DNA of 64,000 nt. Source: Balanoglossus misakiensis (Eukaryota > Animalia > Hemichordata). The notes beneath the pieces were generated by a model, which saw only the letters and a program-made list of their open reading frames with translations, had not been told where the DNA came from and did not search any database. The DNA is taken from positions 3,054,735 through 3,118,734 of the forward strand of contig CM082592.2 in NCBI GenBank assembly GCA_040954595.2. Reading direction: 5' to 3'. Shown one piece after another: positions 11,919-22,725 of the stretch (its first letter is position 1; each line of letters opens with the position of its first letter). The translations under genes were made by a program, and so were the position numbers.

Positions 11919-14900
11919 ATGGCTAGAACCAGAATCACCGATTTGCTGCAACTTGTCCTTTTCTTATTTTACACAGGTGAGTTTTACGAGAATATGTACA
12001 ACGATGTATAAACTGTGAAACAAGTTTGCAGTGCAGCCCGGGGTTGCCTATTTGAATCCTGCGTTCGCTGTTCGCTAAGTTTGCCGTGGTGCATTGTTAT
12101 TACACTGATCTGTTCTTTGCTCGTGAATGGTGCGTAGAAGAGCCATATATATTTTGAATTTGGCCACCACATCTGACTTTATACAGACAAACATTATTTT
12201 TTTTAATTTGCATTGTGAACCCATTTTCATATTCAATATCAGCCTATAAAAACAATTCCTTTCGTGATTTCTTCTATGTAGCCTGCCAAACGCCCTTCTA
12301 CCAAACTAACACGCTACTTGCCTGTATGAAACAAATCTTATCGTATCATCATATCATGTGAGTTGTATATTACACAACACATGACATTTTGAATCTGAAA
12401 TAACCCAGGGTGTGGATGACGCATGCTCTGTAGCGATCGCACTATTAAACGACAGAGGTTAGAGTGCATTAAGAGTTCACTATAGAGCATTATTAATCGA
12501 CATCAACATGTCTTTCATGGAATTCGTGTCGGAACCAACACGTACCGCACAAATTAATTCACGTACCACGCAAAATCGACAGGTACTGTTACCCTAGGTC
12601 AGATTGAAGCAGTAACATTTGGCCACTGTCCAAGCAAACAAACAAACACCACCGGGTTTGAAGAGTTAATACATTCGGTGTATGACTCACCATAATACCT
12701 TTACTATCACCTGCCTATGAATATAAGCGAGGGCGTCTCCAATGTTTCGGTTAGCAAGTTCCCTCACTGTCGTAGTGTATGGCATGCCATGTGTAAACTT
12801 ATTATTTAGCTATATTATTTGTTCAAAAGTTGTTATTTAACATACTTATATGTATGTAACCATAGATTTGCAAACCATTTAAGTCCTGATAATATATTTA
12901 GAAATAATTTCAAGTCGATTCAATTATATACATAAAATGTATTTTATGCTCTTTTATTTATATATAATAAATTATTTATAAACAATATCCGTATCAGTCT
13001 ATTATATGCATATAATAACTAATTTGCGAATTTATTTATATATAATAAATTATTTACAAATAATTAAAGTGCAAGTCGTGTATATACATATCATAAATGA
13101 TTTGCACAATTATTTATATATAATGAATTATTTATAAATAATAAAAATTTAAGTGTATTATATATATATCATGAGTGATTTACATAATTATTTATATATA
13201 ATGAATTATTTATAAATAATACAAATTTAAGTGTATTATATATATATCATGAGTGATTTACATAATTATTTATATATAATGAATTATTTATAAATAATTT
13301 AAGTGCAAGTCTATTATTTACATACAATGTATTACTCACATAATTATTTATAAATAATGTATTATATATTTATCGTTAATACTCAATTAAACGTTGATAA
13401 ATTCAAGTTTTTTTCTAAAAGCAGAACTAACACTCGAGAACAGTCCAAGTGGGGGGCGCATGCACTGTACCAATCAAACTGACGACGCAGGTATGCCGTG
13501 CGCGTTCAAAGTTCGTGTTCGTGAGGTAAGTGTGACACTGTATGTCACAAAACAAGTGGTGTTGTTGTTTCAGGTTCACTGATATGAAGCATTTTTTCTG
13601 TAGGTGCTGAAAATAACCAATATCCTTCCGCTAAATAGCTCCCGTCTGGTGCATGACTCACTGTATTTGCCCTCTATCACATGACAAGTATTTCTGTCAA
13701 AGCGGACAATAATTAAGCTTAATCGTGTCTGGACAGCTTTTTGATATCAAAACAGCATATTTTATCGTCCACATATAATAGTAAATAGCGGTTAATGGCC
13801 TTACTTTGGAATAAGAAGAAAACAAATGACAGAAGTGAGCAAATGTTTCTTTTGTAGGAGAGGAATTAGACGATTTTGTTTTCAATATGGAAACCAATGG
13901 TAAATCAAAAAGCAACTGATACTTTTGAAATAACTTGAATCAGCAAGTCTTGGAATTATACGTGGCAGTCTTTGCCGAAGGGCAGTGATGCCTTTACTTT
14001 GCCTAAACAATGATATACGACGTTAAAACAAACCCAAATTTCATGTCTACTGTCTATCACATTTCCATGCAAAGGACCTTCCCCGAACGCACCCGAGCCT
14101 TTAAGTATACGTCGAGCAAAGCGCGATAAGTATTTTTTTGTCATGGATGTATGTTACAGAATACTGCTATAGGGACAGTCATCTTCTCATTGCCATGGAA
14201 ACATAGAAATGGGACACACTTCTCAAATGGAACAGATTCATCAAATGTTTATCAGGTAACACAATTTAATCTTGTTCTTATTTTGCGCGATGAGTAAACA
14301 GTTTTCTAAACAACAAAACAAGCTACGTCATCTTTTCGACTATTGTTTTCTTGTACATACCAAAACATAATGTCCAGGAAGTTTCACGTCGGCCATGGAC
14401 TCATGCCTACTAGGAATTCATGGTTTTTCGGATATGTTGGTAGAATTTCCAAGCGTGAACACAAAAGAGGTTATCTGGAAACACCCACTGATTTTTTCGG
14501 GGGTATATTTTTGTTGTACAAGATCTAAGGGCATCAGAGCGCCGTTATTGCTAAGTTGTTGGCTAAAGTAACTCTTACATAAAATGTCGTGTCTCTATTA
14601 AAATGGTGATTTTTTTTTATTCATACAGGACACAAACGCCAATAATTTTACGTCCACTGCGACTGTTCCTTCCCTTTTGGAGGCAATGAGGATAACGAAT
14701 GACAACGAGGTTGGCTGTATAATTGATCATTCGCATATTTATGGAAAGGTTTCAGAAATATGATTATACACAGTGAAAATGTTAACGCTACGTTGAAACC
14801 ACCAGTAGAAAATCGGAAGAGACATGCAAATTAATATCAATTTGAACGTGTTGGAATTTTCACATGGAAGACAAGGAAGACTTTATGGATTTCGCTTATC

Positions 14901-17900
14901 TCACCAAATTGTTGAAAGTTTACTACTGAGACGTTTTTATTAATTTCTTACATTAACAGAATGGTCGATTCAATGTAGACCCCGAAACAGGTGATATTTC
15001 AGTACAGGGTTACCTTGACTACGATGTTGACCACGAATACACGATATCAATTCTGACTAAACTTCAAAACATGTCGGTAAGATAAGTGATATTGTTATTC
15101 CCCAATTCTCATTTTCTGTAGGTTTCAGAGACATTTGTGTTGTCAGATGGGGTTAAACACTGTTATACCAATATTATATAAATTTGGCAATCACGACATT
15201 TTCAAAACTAAATTTAAATGTTTGAATTTCAGTGGCCTACCTATATTCTGTTTAGAGAAAATCTAGCATTTGGCGCCCATACTGCTTTCAACTCAGCTAG
15301 AGCACACAGACGCGTGGAATGATTTTAATCCATTCAGTTAATCAGCAAAGACATGCTTGCGATTTATTATGAAAGTTAATCTGGACGAATACCCGTTAAC
15401 TTCCTTTGCATTATACCAAAAAACAATTGGATTCTCCTTTGATTGTCAGGGAATGTGCCTGTTAAACTGTAGTATCAATATAATGGTTGATGACGTTGAA
15501 GAATGGCCGCCATATTACAACGAAACATGTGCAATGCCAACTCGTGTGCATAAGAGTTTTCTGGTACGTAGCATGGTTAAGGTGTTTACAGACTTGATAA
15601 TCCGTTCTCATGATATGCGCACTCACAATATGAGAACGCTAAGCTTAAGAAGTTGACATTAAGTAATATTGTCTTTTAAACTGTAGTAAGTTCATTAAAG
15701 GAGTACAATGTTATTTTACACTAGAATTTACCAATTTCCGTTTTCATTGGGAACTCTACGCTATCACTGGGGCATACTTTTCCAAGCGTTTCCCCTAGTG
15801 ACGTCGAGGGTGATATAAATAATGATAAATGTAAGTACAATATGCATAACTATCTGCGATGATGTTTATCTGAAAAATAACAGTATAAACTGTATACTGG
15901 AGATTTCTCGTTCCCGTTCTGAAAAGTGCTGCATGTCATATAAATGGATAAAACGTTTATTGCAACTTCATACAGGTATGGCGAAATGGTACACGCGAGT
16001 GAGAGGGAAAACCGAATTTCATGACCTGTCAAAAACAGACGTTAAGATAGTGGGTACAAACTCTGATGGCCGAAAAGTCAGTTTTCGTATTTATCATAAT
16101 AAGGTATTTGGTGAGACATATTTATTTAATTCAAAATATAGATGTTGAAAACATCAAATTTCTCTTTTATAGTTACAGCCATTCTCGGGTTCTTTTGAAG
16201 CATTTTTTTTGCTAGCTGTGCGCTGTTAATGGCTTTGGATTAAGGTACAATTTCGGAAAAGATGTTAGGTTGGAAGATCGGAGAAACATTGCAGATTTTC
16301 ACTTAATATGTCCAAAGTGTACAATGGGGCATCACTTTATAGATATGAATCGTGTGCCACGTACGCTGATAGTTTATGCATATAATACTCTTTCGTGTAA
16401 CATACATCATCCAAAGACTGTGTTGTCATTCGTCAATTTGATAGTCACGTGTGCGTCCCGCCGGACACCAGTTCTGAAAAATGATGCCCGCTCACTTTGT
16501 GTATGCACAAGAGTTTTCTGGTACGTACCATGGTTAAGGTGTTTACAGACTTGATAATCCTACCTCATGATATGCGCACTCACAACATGTTAATGCTTAG
16601 TTTAAGAAGTTGAAATTAAGTCATATTGTCTTTTAAACTGTAGTAAGTTCATTAAAGGAGTACAATCTTATTTTACACTAGAATTTATCATTTTCCGTTT
16701 TCATTGAGAACTATGCGCTACCACTTGAGCAATCTTTTCCAAGCATTTCCCCTAGTGACGTCGAGGGTGATATAAATAATGGAAAATGTAAGTACAATAT
16801 TCATAACTATTTGCGATGATGTTTATCTGAAAAATAACAGTGTCAACTGTTTACTGGAGATTTCCCGTTCCCGTTCTGAAAATTTCTGCATGTCATATAA
16901 ATGGATAAAACGTTTATTGCAACTTCATACAGGTATGGCGAAATGGTACACGCGAGTGAGAGGGAAAACCGAATTTCATGACCTGTCAAGAACAGACGTT
17001 AAGATAGTGGGTACAAACTCTGATGACCGAAAAGTCAGTTTTCGTCTTTATCATAATAAGGTATTTGGTGAGACATACTTATTTAATTTAAAATATAGAT
17101 GTTTAAAACATCACATTTCCCTTTTATAGTTACAGCCATTCTTGGATTCTTTTGAAGCATTTTTTGTTAGCTGTGCGCTGTTGATGGCTTTGGATTAAGG
17201 TACAATTTCGGTAAAAGATGTTAAGTTGGAAGATCGGAGAAACATTGCAGATTTTCACTTAATATGTCCAAAGTGTACAATGGGGCATCACTTTATAGAT
17301 ATGAATCGGGTGCCACGTACGCTGATAGTTTATGCATATAATACTCTTTCTTGTAACATACATCATCCGGAGACTGGGCTGTCATTCGTCAATTGATAGT
17401 CACGTGTGCGTCCCGCCGGACGTGGACACCAGTTCTGAAAAATGGTGCCCGCTCAATGTGTATACGTCTTCCACCCCCCCCCCCCCCCCAAAAAAAAGGA
17501 CTGTTTCACGCGGCCTTCGGGCTTGGGAAGCAGTCTGTTTTGGGGGTGACTCACAACCCGTCGGGTTACAGACTATGCTGTTATGGCCAATTATTATGTG
17601 TATAAAAGCAGATATCAGCATGCAAACCTACACAATGGTCACAGTGGTTTGTTTTATACTTGCAATGCAAAGCTTCATACAAACGCCAAGCCCCATTTTC
17701 AGACGGCATACTCTTTTTTCGCAGGAAAATTTCCCGCCAGATGCTAAAATTAATGAGGAATGGTTCCATGAGACGAATAACCAGGGAGAAACTGTATATT
17801 CGCTTTTAATGGTGGTTTCGGAAAACATCGATACAAAAGTAACGTTGTCGCGAAGTAACTACTCGGTATATTTTGACAACGAGAAGATCTATTCGCAATC

Positions 17901-20900
17901 TCTTTGGTTGGATTATATAGGTATGAAAAAAGAGACGAATTACTTGTTTATACTGTCAATTCAAGATTCGAGTGATTAAACATAAGTTGAATGACCATGA
18001 AACGAAAATTCGGCATCTTACGTTTGCTTCTAATCGTTTTCATTTGAAGGCTGTCCAAAGGGACAATATGGTTTCAAATGCGACAAAATGTGCATTTGTA
18101 AGAATGATGCAGAGTGTCACGTGTTCAATGGGGCCTGCAAATGCAAACCGGGATGGCACGGAGCTGCCTGTGATATCCGTAAGTCCTGAATTTCTTTTTC
18201 AGGTGCAAGTAAAACAAAGTCATGGACGTATACGACTTCCACAAATGTATACCATACCCTGCTAACGAAACCCTTCTTTTTTAAAACATAGGCGATCAGG
18301 TGGCACCTGGAGCGATAAAAATAAAACAATTCAATGCGCTACCAATAGTAATATGTACCACGTGAAAATGAAAATGAAGAACAAAATAAAGCAGACTGAT
18401 ATTCAGGTTTCGATAAAAGATTCCGTTATCAACGCCAAATGATTTAATTCCATGGTTCTCCATTATTTTATTTGCCCAGGAAAATCATGTACAGTGTCCT
18501 CTTATATGTTACAGCCAGACCTGTTGTGAGCATTTCTCCAACCCACAAAGAAGTTGAGTATGATACGTTCACCATGTTAACGTGTACTATACAAAACATA
18601 CAATTATCACAAGAGAATGAAGACTGGAAGAATGCCATGTCGTGGACTCTCAACCACGAAAATGTGGACAACGCCCTGGAGAGGAAGACTGGCGAACACT
18701 TCTATGCGGATCAAACTATCTTCGGGTACGTCTTTTCATGGCTTTTAACGTGCATAAATTATAAGGTTTTGTTAAAGGGGAAATCCGCTGTAGCTGATTT
18801 CTACATAATTTGGTAGCTTTGATGTCTCTCTTTCAGAAAAAAAACATATTCGCCATGTATAGGTCGCGCGATTTTTTACAAAATCTAGGGAAAGTTGGCA
18901 GAATTTCCAATATGGCGTTTACTGTAATTTGAATCATGGGAAAAAAAAGCGCCAGGACCAACTTCCGCCCACCCTGGTGTGGGTGATACCATTTTCCGAT
19001 TGGTGTCACTGTGTCACAAGCTAAGCGTATTTGCATATTTTTCATGGGTTATAGCTCATGAAAACTGTCAATAGATGACAAATTTTCGACTTTGCTGATG
19101 ATTGTTTATCAACTGATGCAAAGAACAAACAATAGCTATGAAAATACGCCTAGTCTGTCGCCCAGTGACACCAATCGGAGTGGTAAGAATTACCCGATAT
19201 GCAACTTTCACAACAATTTGAACAAACTTTACGTACAAGTCACCCCTAGTAATCTGCAATCAGTAATCGGACATGCAATTTCAGAGAAGAAGACATTTTA
19301 GCCATTGCGGGCAACATGTGACATGCGACCAATGTCGGTGGACAATCATCCTTTCGGTTAAGCAATGTACTAATCTTAACACTTTTCAAATTAATTACCC
19401 ACAGGATATCTACATTGGACATCAACCGTCTGACGGACAAAACAGAAGGCATCTATGAGTGTCAAGTAACAGACAAATATAGCAGGAAATACACAGCCAC
19501 AGCTAAACTTACCTTAAGTATGTGCTTCTACGGGGATGGAGAAATACGAAGTACACACACACACACACACACATTGGCAGTTTAGTCTCCAGATGAGTGA
19601 GTCCAGTGACTCACGAAACCACGCTGTCGAGATTTCACCGCCTATCGTTTCTCCAGCTACCCATACTTTACAATACAATCTGTCTGTATGTGTAAATAAC
19701 ACAGCAATAATAAGTGTTCAACACCTAAATAACTTCCTTCACCGGATTCTTGACAATTCTTCGCAGAATGCTCCCCAAACAAGTATGGAACCTCCTGCAA
19801 TATGTCATGTGACTGCCAACCAGGTTGCACTGTCTCGTGCGATCGATATCATGGTTGTCAATGTAAGGATGGATGGACAGGGGCACATTGTCAAATTGGT
19901 AAAGATGATTAAATTACTCGTGTCTTTCGTTTCTTTCTTGACACTGTGCTGGCATTATAATGGAAATGTACACAGTAAATATAGAATAATTAAAATGATA
20001 TGTTGAATGCTTTTAAAGGTTGGGTCTTCCCATCTGCTGCTAAAGGTTTGGTCCCATACGATGCAATTACTCGCAAGTCAAAGTAGCTGCAAAGTGTATC
20101 TACTATAGTGTACAACATGGCAAACACTGTGTCAGTATTTTCTATCACATTTCCATGTTACTTTGATATAATACGTATTGTGTTTATAAACAGAAATGTC
20201 GCACATGCGCAGTTACGACGACTCTTCCTTTGATATAACAGTGTTTCTGAATATGTTGAACGAAGTTCAATGGATGAAATAATCGAGCAATTGTCTCATT
20301 TTATCACACCGCCTAAAAACTTTCAGTCAACCGAGTGGAACATTCTCGAGATCAATTTGTCATTTTCTGTAACCATATTTCCAGTTTGTCTAAGTCGGTT
20401 GTTACGATTGATCATGTGGGCTAGTTATAAGTAACCGACTGCAACACTTCGATATCTATTCGTATAACACTTCTCTTTATGTGGACCATTTTGCATCACA
20501 GATAAGATAAACAAGTCTTAAAACCAGTAAACAAGAAATCAAATTCGTTTGCTTCTTTAGACACAGTACCGCCGACCATAGAGGGGTGTCCACAAGATAT
20601 CACTCAGTATACAGACTATGAAAGACATGCGAATGTCACGTGGTCAATACCTACAATGAACGACAACTCCGATATGGCCACCATGTACAGTAACTTCGAT
20701 CCACGTGATGTCTTTCCTGTGGGGACAACGATGGTTCGATACGCAGTCACGGATTCTGCCAATAATACAGCGCATTGTCAGTTTAAGGTCACTGTTAGAA
20801 GTAAGTTAGGTAAGTCAGACTTGCAACAATTATTTATTATTTGTTTGCGCATCGCAAACTGCTGTCTACTGTGTTTCTCTTTATTGTCCTGTATCATGCT

Positions 20901-22157
20901 TCATAAGATTTAGAATCTATTATATGAGGAGGCTTTCAATAACCATCTCTCTCACAAAAATAGAAATTACGAAAAAATGACAATTTGCACTATATTGATG
21001 TACATTTAACTTTATAAAATAGGAAGTTTGATGACGGGATTGTTCCTCGGGATTCTGATTATTTGCCTGCTGCTGTTTATAGCTGCTCCAATGGTTGTGT
21101 ACTTGGGATATCGGTACAGACTCAGATTGTTTTTGCTATTTCAAGGGGATTGGGAAATGAGTGGGGCCGACGGTATGTATTATCCTCAACAAGGTACAGT
21201 GGAGTATCGCTATAACGAACACTGTTATTACGAATATTCGGATATAACGAATGTGAACGGTGTCAATACTTATAGGCTTATACTACGGAGTTTGTTTGAA
21301 CACGCCCTTTCATTTGAATGTTTGATTATTTTGTGAGTGGCATTTAATTTGATGAAATGCAATTTGCTTAATGAGAAAGTCGAGAGGAAAGTTGCAAGAA
21401 CATGCTCCTCCAAATGGACAACCAACATTTACACTATTTAATATCTCCTTGAAAAATGTCGAAGATCATGAGAACTGAAACTGTCCTGTTTTATATCATC
21501 ATGTGCTATCATTACAGAAAACAAACAGTTCGACGCTTTCATCTCGTATAGCAGCAAAGACAGTGATTTTGTTGATGATGTCGCCAACTACTTTGATGGA
21601 ACCTACACATTGCTAATCCATGAACGAGATTTTATTGGCGGCAAAGGTAGGTATTTCATTTTGTTAATGTCAGTTAGCCTTCAAGATAGGGTGGACATTG
21701 GTTTAAGTTTCTCTCCCCAAAACCATGTTTTCTTCATCTTCCTTCTGTAGGCATATTCGATAATATCGAAGAAGCATTCGATAATAGCAGAGCAGTAGTT
21801 TTGATAATATCAGCATCGTTCCTTGAGAGCGGCTATTGTGAGCATGAAGCCAGGGTTGCCATGGACAACTTGATCAACAAGGGACAGAGAGTGATCCCTG
21901 TTTTGAAAGGCAACATCGACCAAACAAAGCTCCCGCCAGTTATTAAACGGATCGTGGAATCCATTACCTACATTCAATGGCGCGACCGAGGCTTAGAAGA
22001 AGATAAAAAGAAGTTTTGGAGCGACCTTGAACATGCTCTTGGTCAAACTGCAAAGAAACCGAATGTAATCAGTTTCTGGAGGAAGACAATTGGGAAAATC
22101 ACTGGCTGTGAAGGACACGTGCGTTACTCCAGGTTGGTTAATAACCAATCTGTTTAG
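11919..22157 (+). CDS. TIR-domain single-pass receptor, copy B (SP - cadherin-like - duplicated variable module - EGF - Ig - EGF - HYR - TM - TIR), ~890 aa
   Basis: Exons 11919-11976, 13425-13525, 14160-14255, (possible 14629-14709), 14960-15076, 15450-15563, 15725-15830, 15976-16103, 16682-16787, 16933-17060, 17725-17920, 18050-18178, 18515-18725, 19405-19517, 19767-19898, 20561-20800, 21023-21172, 21518-21646, 21751-22157. All junctions GT-AG, phase-compatible, no internal stop. Confidence 0.85.
12880..13370. repeat. AT-rich minisatellite, ~78 bp period, right arm only
   Basis: The unit atgagtgatttacataattatttatatataatgaattatttataaataat... recurs at 13171 and 13249, with degenerate units on either side. 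It is absent from the left arm. Confidence 0.8.
13425..15563 (+). CDS. Cadherin-like repeat exons of copy B
   Basis: Spliced translation FKVRVRE|NTAIGTVI...GRFNVDPETGDISVQGYLDYDVDHEYTISI...INIMVDDVEEWPPYY matches cadherin hallmarks (V.E..iGT.V, F.IDP.TG.I, LDYE, V.DxNDNxP). Confidence 0.75.
15545..17460 (+). repeat. ~957 bp tandem duplication within copy B, covering exons 6 and 7
   Basis: aagagttttctggtacgta recurs at ~15552 and ~16509. ORFs 15822..16148 and 16779..17129 are near-identical. The left arm has one copy (~5090-6050). Confidence 0.92.
18050..20800 (+). CDS. EGF - Ig - EGF - HYR exons of copy B
   Basis: CPKGQYGFKCDKMCICKNDAECHVFNGACKCKPGWHGAAC (MEGF/Tie-type EGF); LTCTI...MSW...DKTEGIYECQV (Ig); CSPNKYGTSC...CQCKDGWTGAHC; DTVPPTIEGCPQDI...VTWSIPT...FPVGTTMVRYAVTDSANNTAHCQFKVTV (HYR). 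Confidence 0.9.
18776..19178 (+). mobile_element. Interspersed repeat fragment inserted after TTAA in a copy B intron (possibly Kolobok-like DNA transposon)
   Basis: Absent from the matching copy A site (~3705). Begins ttaa|agggg and matches 32788-32946 over ~160 bp. The family assignment is inferred only from the TTAA site and AG terminus. Confidence 0.65.
21023..22157 (+). CDS. TM and TIR-domain exons of copy B
   Basis: Hydrophobic GLFLGILIICLLLFIAAPMVVYLGY followed by basic RYRLR; TIR box 1 FDAFISY, box 2 LLIHERDFIGG, SRAVVLIISASFLESGYCEHE, box 3 FWSDL. Confidence 0.92.
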
Positions 22158-22419
22158 TGGTGTTCATACAAACGGGGGGGGGGGGAGATAACTTTCCATA
22201 TCGGATGACACGATTGTCATTCGATTCTACACCACACTGGTGCCATTGAAGAATACTTTTGTGGTCGTTGTCTAATATTACCCTGCATTAATGTTGGGTT
22301 ACCACCAGAACTTCCTCGACGTATACAGAGTGCTCTGCTTTTCTAAACACACGGTTGCTTTAATTACCATATACTGTGGATTTTCTCAGGCATAATTAAA
22401 AAGATGAAATCATTTCCTT

Positions 22420-22725
22420 TTAGTTTCGGATTCACAGACCAGGGCGAATGGCATTTGCATATACATGTATTCGCGGCAACATAACCTACGGAGGTGATGA
22501 TGCTGAAATACTTGCGTTGATTGGAGTTGTGATTTGCAGAGATGAAACGAGGTACTCATGTCAACAGTATACTTGACAAAGAGGTGACTAGTGCTTTAGT
22601 CTCCCTTGACATCAAACACTTCTATGAACCTTTCAATTTCTTCCTCATCAAATGAATAAGTCTCTTAAGAACAGTGTGCCTTTCTTTCTGTCACATTGCA
22701 ATAACTTTGCATTCAATGTAAAATG
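22420..22725 (+). repeat. ~300 bp direct repeat R, copy 2 (just outside the right arm)
   Basis: Direct copy of 10410-10710 with scattered substitutions and small indels. Confidence 0.9.

Larger units (their letters stand above)
299..22332. repeat. ~22 kb inverted segmental duplication: left arm ~299-10405, right arm ~10786-22332, spacer ~380 bp
   Basis: The reverse complement of the left arm aligns by eye with the right arm through exons, introns and upstream DNA. ORF pairs mirror each other (482..835-/21801..22157+; 3620..4012-/18472..18816+; 10162..10449-/10832..11026+). Several indel blocks interrupt the match. Confidence 0.95.

Noticed and set aside
12880-13370. Periodic repeat as a CRISPR-like array
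   Set aside because: The units are contiguous AT-rich tandem copies with no unique spacers, in a spliceosomal intron, with no cas genes.
13858-13899. 42 nt AG...GT segment conserved in both arms
   Set aside because: It contains a stop in the phase required after exon 2 and does not repair the phase mismatch in copy A.
16215-16554. ORF MEDRRNIADF... (also 5088..5327 on the - strand) as an extra receptor exon
   Set aside because: Exon 7 joins the next exon in phase without it, the copy at ~17210 carries a frameshift, and no domain is recognisable. Treated as intron, though not fully excluded.
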